A DNA stretch of 64,000 nt, taken from a virus. Taxonomy: Duplodnaviria; Caudoviricetes. Position 1 is the stretch's first letter; every line of letters begins with the position of its first letter. Below the pieces are notes generated by a model. It was not told the DNA's origin. It ran no database searches and saw nothing but the letters and a program-made list of their open reading frames with translations. The DNA lies in the IMG/VR virus record IMGVR_UViG_2597490325_000001, positions 96,001-160,000 of that record. One strand, given 5' to 3'. Below, in pieces: positions 36,956 to 46,595 of this stretch. A program made the position numbers and the translations under genes.

Positions 36956-36967
36956 AACAATTTTTTG
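36956..36967 (+). promoter_or_regulatory. Late-type promoter variant AACA-N6-TG
   Basis: AACAATTTTTTG after hairpin at about 36927-36950. Confidence 0.35.
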
Positions 36968-36993
36968 TAACTAATAAACAAAGGGCACTGATA

Positions 36994-38544
36994 ATGATTG
37001 GCAAGCTCCAACGTCAGTTTATAGCGGCATTCCAAGAAGATAATCCGGAGAAATTTAATGAAGATCTGATCTTTATGCGTAATAAAGAATCAAAAGAACT
37101 TCATCACTATTTCTACGATGTCTTCAATTCCCTTAAGTTAAAAGGTATTACTTTCCTAAGTTCTGAGACTATTACAGACGAGACTGAATTCCATAAGTAT
37201 ATTCCTAAAAAGAGTATCCCAATTGAGAATAGTCGTCTTGAACTAGTAAGAGCTAAGTTTCGTTTAGAAGCGGATGGAGAGTCTAAAGAGATTGTAGTAC
37301 AAATCTTTTTCCCTAAGCTTATTGATAACTATTTCTATGAGATTAAAGGTTCTCGTTATCTTGCGGTATATCAAGTAACAGATAGAAACTTCTATACTTC
37401 TTCTGATGCATCCGTATATCTTAAATCTCTTTTAATGCCATTAGGTTTATATCTTAATAGCAAAGGTAATGCACCTATTGAGATTGTAGATGAAAATGAA
37501 GAAATTGTAACTCTTCCAAACAAAGAGTTTGTACTTGATTTCTTTAAATTAAAGAAAAAATCTACACATAAAAATGCTTTCTATTATTATTTCATCAAGT
37601 ATGAAGGTGTACAGAATGCGATTGATGTAATCTTTGGTAATACAGATGATCATAAATTTGTATTTATTACTGAAGAAAGAGAGAACTATGAAGGTTATTG
37701 CCGGATAGAAATTCGAAAAGATCTCTATATCTATTGCTGGAATAATTTCACAAATACCTATAAACATTTGGTAAGTACTTTATATCATGCATTAAAAGGT
37801 ATTCGTAAATCTTCTGTCATTGATTCTGTTGATTATTGGAAACGTAAGATTCTAAATAATGCTACGGCTAAGCTTGAAAAAGCTGATCGCACAATGATTA
37901 GTCTTGAACGTATCTTAGACAATCGTACTAAAAAGAATCTATCCAGAGAAATCGTTAACCCTGAATTACGTGAAGATTCATATGGTGTAGTTCGTTGGAT
38001 GATGTATAATTTTGACAATAGTGATCGTCCCGATTTTCCAGATGCGTCATTAGTCAATATTGATCCAGTAAATATCTATAATCGCCGTATTCGTTTGACA
38101 GAATATATGATTTATCCTTTGCTGACAAAGCTTAGCGACTCATCATATCGTATTCTAAATAGCCGTAATATCAATATTAAACGATTAGAGAATGTATTCA
38201 GTACTATTGGCCCGAATTACATTCTGAAGTTCCTTAGTGGTAATGAATTACTTCGTTACTATAATGCTACTAGTTCTTTAGATCTTTTCAGTACTCTTAA
38301 ATGGTCTGCCCGTGGTAATCAGGGGTTAGGTAAATCTTCTAGTACTGTAGCAACTAAGTTCCGTGGCCTACATCCAAGTTATCTTGGCGTAGTTTCACTT
38401 AATGCTGCATCTGCAAGTGATCCTGGATTAACGGGTACTTTCTGTCCATTGTCGAATAATTTCGGCGATATGGAATTTGTAGATCATTCTAATGAAATTC
38501 ATTATATTAATGATGTTTTAGATATCTACACTGAAGAAGACTAG
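36994..38544 (+). CDS. Phage multisubunit RNA polymerase beta-like subunit, N-terminal part
   Basis: FPKLI...FYEIKG.RY, RRIRLTEY, RGLHPSYLG......S..DPGL (cf. RpoB [24 protein letters not shown]). Confidence 0.82.
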   Translation: MIGKLQRQFIAAFQEDNPEKFNEDLIFMRNKESKELHHYFYDVFNSLKLKGITFLSSETITDETEFHKYIPKKSIPIENSRLELVRAKFRLEADGESKEIVVQIFFPKLIDNYFYEIKGSRYLAVYQVTDRNFYTSSDASVYLKSLLMPLGLYLNSKGNAPIEIVDENEEIVTLPNKEFVLDFFKLKKKSTHKNAFYYYFIKYEGVQNAIDVIFGNTDDHKFVFITEERENYEGYCRIEIRKDLYIYCWNNFTNTYKHLVSTLYHALKGIRKSSVIDSVDYWKRKILNNATAKLEKADRTMISLERILDNRTKKNLSREIVNPELREDSYGVVRWMMYNFDNSDRPDFPDASLVNIDPVNIYNRRIRLTEYMIYPLLTKLSDSSYRILNSRNINIKRLENVFSTIGPNYILKFLSGNELLRYYNATSSLDLFSTLKWSARGNQGLGKSSSTVATKFRGLHPSYLGVVSLNAASASDPGLTGTFCPLSNNFGDMEFVDHSNEIHYINDVLDIYTEED

Positions 38545-38551
38545 TAATTTT

Positions 38552-38580
38552 GACACAATACCTTGAACGGGTATTGTGTC
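38552..38580 (+). terminator. Rho-independent terminator-like hairpin
   Basis: GACACAATACC-TTGAACG-GGTATTGTGTC then T-rich. Confidence 0.7.
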
Positions 38581-38609
38581 TATTTATTTTTTATTGAGGA
38601 AGTAATCTC

Positions 38610-39653
38610 ATGAATGAGAATGCATTATTTATTTGTAATCTTGAAAAAATTAAATATACTGTATTAAGAGAAAATGTTTTAAACAATGCTCCGTTTGATA
38701 ATAAACGTATTAATCTCTATATTGATACAGATTATATTTTTAAAGCATTTAGAACCGAATACACTAAAGAAGCTACTAAGAAATTATCTTCTAAAGGTCA
38801 AATTAATGCTTTAATGGTAGAATTTATTAATTTTGTCTCCCACTACAAACATTTTTTGACAGATTTTTTTGAAGCTGAAGTTCGCACTTTTATTCTTCAT
38901 GGATATCATTCAGAGACTATTGGGTTCTATGACAAAGGTGAAGACTTTGATGAAGAAGATTTAGCATTCTTTGATAAAGTAATTGAAAGAATGAAAAAAC
39001 TTACTTCTTTTACTAGCGATGTATTCGTAGTAGAAAGTAAAGCTATCCCTAAATTCGCTATACCTTATTTATTTAGTAAAGAGCCTAATGTAAAAGGTAG
39101 AAGTGCTCCATTTAGAGCTAAGAAACCAATTAATCTGTTCATTACAAAGAATCCTAAGTTCTTGCAATATTCATTTTTAATGGATAATTTTTATTTACTT
39201 GATAAAAGTTTATATAATTCTCTTCATAGTATGCAACCATTGCATAAAAAGCTTAAATCTGTTACCAGTGTGGATCGTTACTATCTGGTTCCGTATTTAA
39301 CTATTTGCGGATTTGATAGACATGAAGGTTTAAGAAAAATTACCAATGCTAAGTTCTTTAGACCTAGTGATCTACAAAACTTCTTTACTTATGAAAATAG
39401 TAGCAATACTATGCATATTATAGATTTTGCAGAAAAAGAAATCTTCAAAGATAGTTTATCTCATGATGAAAAAATGTTGATATCTGACAGGGTTCAAATG
39501 GTAGATATCCCGCATTTAATTCGTTCTGCAAAAGAAAGCGATAAGTTAGAAGTGATTAACTCATTAAGTGGTCATATTGAAGACTCAGATGCTATCCATC
39601 GTCTGAATTCAGATAATTTCCGTAACTCTCTCAATATTGATTATCTCCTATAA
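38610..39653 (+). CDS. Hypothetical protein (possibly degenerate 5'-3' exonuclease/PIN fold)
   Basis: 347 aa; LYID and FITKNPKFLQY only weakly reminiscent; function not established. Confidence 0.6.
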   Translation: MNENALFICNLEKIKYTVLRENVLNNAPFDNKRINLYIDTDYIFKAFRTEYTKEATKKLSSKGQINALMVEFINFVSHYKHFLTDFFEAEVRTFILHGYHSETIGFYDKGEDFDEEDLAFFDKVIERMKKLTSFTSDVFVVESKAIPKFAIPYLFSKEPNVKGRSAPFRAKKPINLFITKNPKFLQYSFLMDNFYLLDKSLYNSLHSMQPLHKKLKSVTSVDRYYLVPYLTICGFDRHEGLRKITNAKFFRPSDLQNFFTYENSSNTMHIIDFAEKEIFKDSLSHDEKMLISDRVQMVDIPHLIRSAKESDKLEVINSLSGHIEDSDAIHRLNSDNFRNSLNIDYLL

Positions 39654-39663
39654 CACGATATTA
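39652..39663 (+). promoter_or_regulatory. Late-type promoter motif
   Basis: AACACGATATTAG. Confidence 0.65.
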
Positions 39664-39741
39664 GTATGAATATAATTTCCTTAACGGCTTATACGGTCGT
39701 TAAGGATTATATTCTTTTTTTTTTGTTAATGGGTTATTAAA

Positions 39742-42294
39742 ATGGCAAATAATGACTTACAAGAAATGCTAAAACGTTTTAGATATCCGTTAAATTCAAC
39801 TTCTATGCAACCTATAACTGGTAAGCAAGAAGGCGCGGTATCTATGTGTAAGGCTAATCTAGTAACTTTACAAGAGTTACAAAGAGAGGCTGATTCAGCA
39901 TATACAAAATTTGATATAAGTGTAAAAGAAGCTAGATCTTCTGTAGGTAATACAATAAATCCTAATATACCCGCTTCTAGTGTTACAGCCCAATATTTAA
40001 TGGGTCGTATAGATATGGGTGTAAGTGTAGCCGTACGTCTTCAAAATGAAATAAATAAAGTACTAAATCCAAATCTACCGGATTATGTCAAGATGGCATA
40101 TACCCCAAGTGTAGTAGATTTTGGAGGAGTAACACAGGCTTTTAATACATATTATACAAAGCTTAAAGATATTGAGAAACGAGCAGCTAAGATAAAGGAA
40201 GATAACAAACCTGAAATCAAGGAAGCTACAGTTTCATCAGCTAATACTGAATATTCTCTAGAGAATAAGACTTTCCTGAAGTCTATGTATGATATTTCTA
40301 TACAAATGATTCTTCCAGACAATACTCAGAACGATATAACTCAATATATTACAGATATCCTATATTCATTTAATGCGGATAATATGGTAATGCCAATTTA
40401 TTCTGTAAAAATGAAGATGCCAGCAACGCTATATGATTCTATAAGAAAATATTTTGAAGGAATAAAATGGTATATTACTGTCAAATTATATACTAAAACT
40501 TCTGATACTAGTCAAGATCAATTCGCTATACCTTCTTTAATTAAAGATTTTGAAGAATTAGTAGCTATTGATCCTACATTTAGTCCCGGAAACGATGATT
40601 CCAATAGACCTGAAGGTGTTCTGCCTATTTATACCATGAAAATGGATTTTGTTTCTGCTAAGGGGAATGCATTAAACTCCATAGTAAAAGCGAGAGTATT
40701 TTCTAACTGTAAATTAATTGATGTTATTTCAGCCCTATGTAGTCAAGTCAAGCAGGAATATGAATCAACTGGTAATGTAGACTCAAGTAAAGAGATTAAG
40801 TATACTATTTCTCCTCCAGATAATACTCAAACTTATGAGCAAATCATAATAAAGCCTGGTAGTTTTACGGCTACTCTTCATGCTTTACAAAGAGAGTATG
40901 GAGTATATAAAACAGGTATTCAAGTACTATTTGATGGAAATCATAATATAAAAGATACTAATGGTGTTAAGCCAATTAGTTATTTAACTATTACGGATAA
41001 AGGTGGTACTGCTCCTGCTACAAATAATATAACTGATGCTTTATTTGAAGTAGTAGATCCTAAATATGTAAAAAATATGATTCATGAAACAGGTTACTTA
41101 ATCAATAATGATACAAGTAGTGTTACTGTTAGAACTTTTGAACCTTATCACCTTGTAAAAACTAACTCCGACAGGCTTAGTAGAGGTGATTCAGTAAGGG
41201 TAATGAGTACTTCTCAGAACTCAGCTTCTAGTACTGTATGTGACAATCCAAATGATTTTTCTACATACAATCAAAGATTTTATTATAGTAAATTTGATAA
41301 TCCGTATGCATTAACTCAGTTGCAAGATAACATCCGTGAAAGAAATCAGATGTTAACTATAGAAGCTAGAGACATAGATATTTTTACTTTTAATGCTAAT
41401 CTAAATTATCAAGTTAAATTTTATAGTAGAGACGATGAAACTGGATCAGGTGCATATAGACTCAAAAAATATGCGGCTTATTTCGGATTTACTCGTTCTG
41501 GTGTTAAGAGTAGGGTAGAAACATCTGCCGTTTTTGAATTCGGAAATATACCTGAATTGAGAGAAAATGGGGTAACAGCCCCTAGGAAGACTTACGCAGA
41601 GAAGGTTGGAAGCACTAATAAAAGTGCGTCAAATTCAACTACTCTAAAAGGTGCTACCTCTAGTGGTACAGGTGGTGGTTTTACTTCTAACTCATCTAAT
41701 ACTCCATCAGTTCCATTTAAAACTAACTTTAGAAATAAAAAAGACTATTTAGGTAATACCATTCCAGAAACTATACCTGCTAGTTACAAGATGTCTCAAC
41801 AAACTACGTTCGAAGATGTCTATGTAACTCAAACAGGTACTGATTTATATAAAGGTAATGGGTTAGCAAATAATTTTGCATATTTTATAAATGCTCAAAG
41901 GTTTGCATCAGAAATTCTAGATCCTTTATTTAATTCTGAAGGTAAATCTAAATTAGTTGATTTTTATAAGTATGAAACAGATGGTTCTTATGGCGCTAGT
42001 GCTCACTTAGTAGCTTTAGCTGCAGATGTATCATTCAATAAGAGTGGTGATGAATTAATCAAGTCATTTATCAAGATATCTAATATGGGTCTTGATTTTG
42101 ATCAGTTAATTCTTCAAGGCGATGGTAGTTCATGGAAGTACATTCATATTGGTAAGAATATGAATGAAACTAATCGTAAACAAGTAATACTATCACCTAC
42201 ATCAGTAAATAATGACTACAAAGTAATCAATAAAGCCTTAACTGAAGAAGATGTACCTAAACTTAAAATAACTGAATTTAGAAAATACTTTTAA
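39742..42294 (+). CDS. Putative baseplate hub/tail-associated protein with C-terminal peptidase M15-like domain
   Basis: C-terminal SAHLVALAAD, FDQLIL, YIHIG (M15A Zn ligands); S/T/G linker; late promoter. Confidence 0.65.
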   Translation: MANNDLQEMLKRFRYPLNSTSMQPITGKQEGAVSMCKANLVTLQELQREADSAYTKFDISVKEARSSVGNTINPNIPASSVTAQYLMGRIDMGVSVAVRLQNEINKVLNPNLPDYVKMAYTPSVVDFGGVTQAFNTYYTKLKDIEKRAAKIKEDNKPEIKEATVSSANTEYSLENKTFLKSMYDISIQMILPDNTQNDITQYITDILYSFNADNMVMPIYSVKMKMPATLYDSIRKYFEGIKWYITVKLYTKTSDTSQDQFAIPSLIKDFEELVAIDPTFSPGNDDSNRPEGVLPIYTMKMDFVSAKGNALNSIVKARVFSNCKLIDVISALCSQVKQEYESTGNVDSSKEIKYTISPPDNTQTYEQIIIKPGSFTATLHALQREYGVYKTGIQVLFDGNHNIKDTNGVKPISYLTITDKGGTAPATNNITDALFEVVDPKYVKNMIHETGYLINNDTSSVTVRTFEPYHLVKTNSDRLSRGDSVRVMSTSQNSASSTVCDNPNDFSTYNQRFYYSKFDNPYALTQLQDNIRERNQMLTIEARDIDIFTFNANLNYQVKFYSRDDETGSGAYRLKKYAAYFGFTRSGVKSRVETSAVFEFGNIPELRENGVTAPRKTYAEKVGSTNKSASNSTTLKGATSSGTGGGFTSNSSNTPSVPFKTNFRNKKDYLGNTIPETIPASYKMSQQTTFEDVYVTQTGTDLYKGNGLANNFAYFINAQRFASEILDPLFNSEGKSKLVDFYKYETDGSYGASAHLVALAADVSFNKSGDELIKSFIKISNMGLDFDQLILQGDGSSWKYIHIGKNMNETNRKQVILSPTSVNNDYKVINKALTEEDVPKLKITEFRKYF

Positions 42295-42300
42295 ATAAAC

Positions 42301-42329
42301 CCCTATATCCCCGAAAGAGGGATATAGGG
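42301..42329. terminator. Conserved intergenic hairpin (family copy), between convergent genes
   Basis: CCCTATATCCC-CGAAAGA-GGGATATAGGG. Confidence 0.8.
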
Positions 42330-42336
42330 AGTTTTA

Positions 42337-43185
42337 TTACTCTTTTCCTGATACTAGTTTAGATGAATAATCTGAATGAATCTTCAACCAATTATTCATA
42401 AACTTAGCAATTTCGCCTAAGAATGAAACATTATTAAATAATGCTTTAGTTCTTCTGGTAAGCATATCTAATGAAATTTGTTTACCATTCATCTTATAGA
42501 GTTTAAATAACTGTTCTATCTTAGCTTTCAACTCTTCTAAGTGAGAAATAGTCTTAAGGAGCTGTTCATTAGTAGAATTAAACTGACCCATAATCATTTG
42601 AAGCTTTTGTTTAAAGGCTTCAACTTCTTGAGCAGTATATTCATTTTCAGTTAAATCAGTAAATCTGGAAAGGTTATTTCCAAAAATCTCAGTTACTAAC
42701 TGTTTATCTTGAGCTGGAATGTCTTTCATACCATCAGCATTACCATTATAGGATAAACTCGCTTTAGCAGCTTCTGGAGACGTCTCTTGAGCAACAAACG
42801 AGATAATATTTGTCACACCGTTGGCAAATTTATCTGATTCTTCTACAAATTTTTCAAAATTAGCAAAGCCTTTAAGTTTTACTTTATCGCCTTTACTTTT
42901 TCTTTCAAACTTACCAAGGATTTTAGCAAAAATTTTCTTAGCAAAATCTCTTAGCTTAATCAGATATTTTCTAACAGTTTCTATGATCCGTTTAAGGAAT
43001 TTGATGATTTTTTCTTTAAACGATTCAGCGGCTTCAGAGTTTTCACCTTCAGGAGAATTTTCATCAGCTTCTTTTAAAATAATTGCACTATTAAATAATT
43101 CTTCTGCAAGAATTACAACTTTTTTAAATTGAGAACTTTCTTCTTCCATTAGGGAAAAAAGTTTATCAGAATAGATGAAGTCCAT
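42337..43185 (-). CDS. Putative internal head protein
   Basis: 282 aa; acidic leader with L-x-E sites then amphipathic K-rich helix. Confidence 0.6.
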   Translation of the reverse strand: MDFIYSDKLFSLMEEESSQFKKVVILAEELFNSAIILKEADENSPEGENSEAAESFKEKIIKFLKRIIETVRKYLIKLRDFAKKIFAKILGKFERKSKGDKVKLKGFANFEKFVEESDKFANGVTNIISFVAQETSPEAAKASLSYNGNADGMKDIPAQDKQLVTEIFGNNLSRFTDLTENEYTAQEVEAFKQKLQMIMGQFNSTNEQLLKTISHLEELKAKIEQLFKLYKMNGKQISLDMLTRRTKALFNNVSFLGEIAKFMNNWLKIHSDYSSKLVSGKE

Positions 43186-43186
43186 C

Positions 43187-43978
43187 TTAGAATCCTTGGT
43201 CTGAATACATTTTGGAATTACCTAAACCCTTATCGGACATCATGCGTACCATAGATTTAGAATTGGCGCTACCTCCAATTACTCTAAAGAAAGGACTTCT
43301 TATAGCAACTTTATTGACTAAAGCAATTACTACACTTACCAATCTTTCCATCTGATCTAAGAGACGAATATTGGGGGACTGAATATTATTGTCAACAAAT
43401 TGATGCTGTATTTCTTTAAGCTCTTTAATAAGCATAGGGAAAAACTTATCTATTATCCAAGAACAGCCTTGTCTTAAAGCTTGAAGATTAGTTCGTATTT
43501 GCTCTAAAAAGATAGTATTGTTACTATCAGTAGCATTACCATTAAGATACATATTAGCGTTATCTAATTGGTCGCATAGTTTAGAGATATGGTTATTTAC
43601 ACTCAAAATAGTACTAAATGAGTTATCAAAGTCAGAGATATTTACATCAAATAAGCTATGTAATACTCTTTCACCCATACTTAAGCATTCAATTCTACCA
43701 TTAAGTGATTTTAATGTAGATGCTAAATCATATTCATGTGATTGTGAATATCGATTTACTAATTCATTATGGCTAAAGAATATTTTATTGATACTATTAT
43801 CATTCAAGAAACCTTCTAATCTAGCAATAAGCTTATCTGGAACCGAATTAGTCAAAGCTGTTTGCATATCTTGAAGGTAAGTAGTTTCTGTAAGAATAGC
43901 TACCTTTAATGGGATAGAACATTCATGATGTTCTAGGAGATTATCAATCTCGTTAAATGTGTAATCTAGGTTATTCAT
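43187..43978 (-). CDS. Hypothetical late protein
   Basis: 263 aa; upstream variant TACA-N6-TAG at 44004-44015. Confidence 0.65.
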   Translation of the reverse strand: MNNLDYTFNEIDNLLEHHECSIPLKVAILTETTYLQDMQTALTNSVPDKLIARLEGFLNDNSINKIFFSHNELVNRYSQSHEYDLASTLKSLNGRIECLSMGERVLHSLFDVNISDFDNSFSTILSVNNHISKLCDQLDNANMYLNGNATDSNNTIFLEQIRTNLQALRQGCSWIIDKFFPMLIKELKEIQHQFVDNNIQSPNIRLLDQMERLVSVVIALVNKVAIRSPFFRVIGGSANSKSMVRMMSDKGLGNSKMYSDQGF

Positions 43979-44034
43979 TTTTACTTTATCCGTTAACGGT
44001 TACTAATAAATTGTACTAGAAAATAGAAAGAAAA

Positions 44035-44063
44035 CCCCATATCACCTTTAAGATGATATGGGG
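44035..44063 (-). terminator. Conserved intergenic hairpin (family copy)
   Basis: CCCCATATCA...TGATATGGGG, T-run on minus strand. Confidence 0.75.
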
Positions 44064-44083
44064 AGATAACTAGCCTAAACTAA

Positions 44084-44863
44084 TTATTTTTTATCTGCTT
44101 CTTTAGCCGCTTTAGCTTCTGCTGCTTTATCAGCTGCTACACCACGAGCACCGTGGGTAGCTTTAAACAGAGCATGAACAAACTTGGAAGACAGAGAAGC
44201 AAGTTTAGAAGCTTGACGCTGAGCTTTGTTCAGAGTAGTAACAACAGCTGCATCACCGCCGCCAGCAGAGGCAGCTTTAGCCTTCAGGCTTTCTGCAACT
44301 TTCTTAACACGATCGTTAGCAGCTTTAGCCATAGTTTCTACTTTAGAAACATCAGTAGCCAGGAACTTAACGCCTTCACCTTTTTCAGCAGCGGCGCGAT
44401 AAGCAGCCAGACCTTCCTGATAAGCAGCATCGAATTCATCTTTACCAAGAGCATTGGCAGCTTTTTCGATAGCGGAAACCAGTTTAGGGGCATTTTTAAA
44501 GCTTTCTGGAAGTTCTAGAGTTTTAGCGCCCAGAGCAGCTTTCAGACGTACAACTTGTTTGCTAATGAAAGCAGAAACGGCATTGTACACTTTCATGATA
44601 GCTTCATAGGCACGTTGTGCCATAGCTTTCACTTTTTCTTTAACATTACCCAGGAAACCAGCTTTCTTATCTTCTTTAGCAGCGTCACCGCCTTCTTCTT
44701 CAGTCAGAGCAGAAAGTTGTTTTTCCAGTTTATAGTCAGCAACCATAATGGATTCATTCAGAATCGCGGAATCACTAATAACGTCAGTCAGCTCAGCAAG
44801 GGCTTCAAACAGGGAAGGTGCTTCTACTTTCTGGGTATTGGCGGATTCTAAAAACATAGCCAT
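44084..44863 (-). CDS. Putative abundant internal head protein (Ala/Lys-rich)
   Basis: 259 aa, strong codon bias, FLES/ILNES/LTEE leader, own late promoter and terminator. Confidence 0.7.
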   Translation of the reverse strand: MAMFLESANTQKVEAPSLFEALAELTDVISDSAILNESIMVADYKLEKQLSALTEEEGGDAAKEDKKAGFLGNVKEKVKAMAQRAYEAIMKVYNAVSAFISKQVVRLKAALGAKTLELPESFKNAPKLVSAIEKAANALGKDEFDAAYQEGLAAYRAAAEKGEGVKFLATDVSKVETMAKAANDRVKKVAESLKAKAASAGGGDAAVVTTLNKAQRQASKLASLSSKFVHALFKATHGARGVAADKAAEAKAAKEADKK

Positions 44864-44922
44864 GATTTATTTCCTTTATATAAAGATTTTTGATCTGTTG
44901 CAACAGAATATGACTTAATGAC

Positions 44923-44934
44923 TATCTTAATGTT
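44923..44934 (-). promoter_or_regulatory. Late-type promoter motif
   Basis: AACATTAAGATAG. Confidence 0.65.
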
Positions 44935-44971
44935 AGTGTAATTACAAAATAAAATTCGCAATTTGCTTTAT

Positions 44972-45774
44972 TTAGGCGATTCTAACATCTTGATTAAAGT
45001 TAACTAACATAGCGGCCATTCCTTTGGTAAGGAAAGTAGATAATTTTAATAGACTATTAATGGATTTCTCAGATTCATCATATATATCCATTTTTCTTGA
45101 AAAATCTCCATCCTTTAAATTTCCTGAAGAATTTTCTTCAATTCTTTTAAAGAGCATTATAGTACTTAATTGAATATCTTTAGATATTTCTTTAACTTTT
45201 TCTAAAAAAGATCAACGTTGTTTACATCCACTAAAGTACCTTTACCCATTAAGCTATCCCCACCAGTATTTTTAGATAAAAGTAATTCTATTCTATCTCT
45301 AGCATCGGAGCTTTTTAAAGTAGAATCGGATTGCAGGTCTGAAATAATTTTTGGTGCTATATTAATGAAATCATATAATCCTGAAGGAATATGCATCTGA
45401 ATTGTAATTTTTCCATTAATATTTTCAACACCCCCTTTACCATCAGAAGTATACTTTCCAATAATAACTTTTTCTACATCTACTTCCCGTTTGGATTTCT
45501 TAACAGTTTTTTCATTAACAAATACTTTATTTAAGTAAGTTCTTAATTTTTCTTTCATTTTAACTGCATAGATCAAGATATTCTGAGCAGCCTTAAGTAA
45601 ATAAGTCTTTAACTTGAGAATCACTTTCCTGAAATCACCTTTAGCTTCACTTAGGGTTTCATAAGTTTCGGTATTCTCAAGTAAACTATCTAAATTATCA
45701 AAAGATGCTTCCAAAAGAGATATATTAGGCTCTTTCATTACCTCATCTTTTATATAGGATTCTATAAATAACAT
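44972..45774 (-). pseudogene. Putative head protein gene broken by a one-base frameshift (ORFs 45202..45774 and 44972..45157)
   Basis: GAT CTT TTT TAG; the -1 frame from this T6 run is open to 44972, giving 267 aa. Confidence 0.55.
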
Positions 45775-45797
45775 GTGATTTTCCTTTATAAATTTTC

Positions 45798-45809
45798 TAA
45801 TTATGTGTT
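45798..45809 (-). promoter_or_regulatory. Late-type promoter motif
   Basis: AACACATAATTAG. Confidence 0.65.
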
Positions 45810-45812
45810 GAA

Positions 45813-45844
45813 ATTACCCTATTCACCGAAATGAATAGGGTAAT
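45813..45844 (-). terminator. Intergenic hairpin (family-related)
   Basis: ATTACCCTATTCA-CCGAAA-TGAATAGGGTAAT. Confidence 0.7.
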
Positions 45845-45846
45845 AA

Positions 45847-46593
45847 TTATTTATTGATAAGTAATGAATGGCTAACTAAATCAGATTTTAAGCCAGCTGC
45901 CATTAGAAATACATCTAATGTCTGTACCGCTTGACCGGATTTAGCTGTATCTACTTCCTCAATAGAAGCATTACCAAAGAGAGAAATATCTTGCAAGAAT
46001 TTATTCTTAGCCTCAATATTATCCCCTCTAGCACCTAATACTTCCTTGATAATTGGAGAGTAACCATTAGCATCTTCTTTACTAGGATCATCAAGAGTTA
46101 CTGAAAGTAGGGCTTGAGTATCATAGTCGGTAAATCTACCAGACTTATTATCCTGATTAAGAGAACCAGTTAATCTTGAACGAACATTACCAGAAGATAT
46201 ATCAACATTACTTTTAACTTTCTTAGAAAGTAATTGTTGCATACGTTTCATATGCACCCAAAGAACAGGTACTTTATAAGGTGTACGGATTACTTTACCA
46301 TCAGTAGTTTTGTGTCTAATATAGACATATTCTTCTAATGGTACATTGATATGCTTAGCAGCTTTTTCAATATTATCTAAAGTAATATCATTTTTACCGT
46401 ATAAATCCATTTCTACATAGAACTGATTATCTTCAGAAGATTTCATCTTTTTAAAGTATTCAACAAAATCTTTATCAGACATGGATTTAAATAATTCCTT
46501 ATATCGATTACTATTCATACCACTTGGATCCATAGCACTAATAGTATCAATAATAAGTTTCTCAGCTTTTTTACGATTCTTTGCAGTAATCAT
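45847..46593 (-). CDS. Phage RNA polymerase beta-like subunit, C-terminal fragment (probably virion RNAP)
   Basis: VPVLWVHMKRMQQLLSKK..RSRLTG...GRFTDYDTQAL..E.LG.RGD parallels RpoB PVTVGYMY.LKL.HL..DK..YSLVTQQ..QRFGEME.WAL..E.LT.KSD. Confidence 0.65.
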   Translation of the reverse strand: MITAKNRKKAEKLIIDTISAMDPSGMNSNRYKELFKSMSDKDFVEYFKKMKSSEDNQFYVEMDLYGKNDITLDNIEKAAKHINVPLEEYVYIRHKTTDGKVIRTPYKVPVLWVHMKRMQQLLSKKVKSNVDISSGNVRSRLTGSLNQDNKSGRFTDYDTQALLSVTLDDPSKEDANGYSPIIKEVLGARGDNIEAKNKFLQDISLFGNASIEEVDTAKSGQAVQTLDVFLMAAGLKSDLVSHSLLINK

Positions 46594-46595
46594 AC

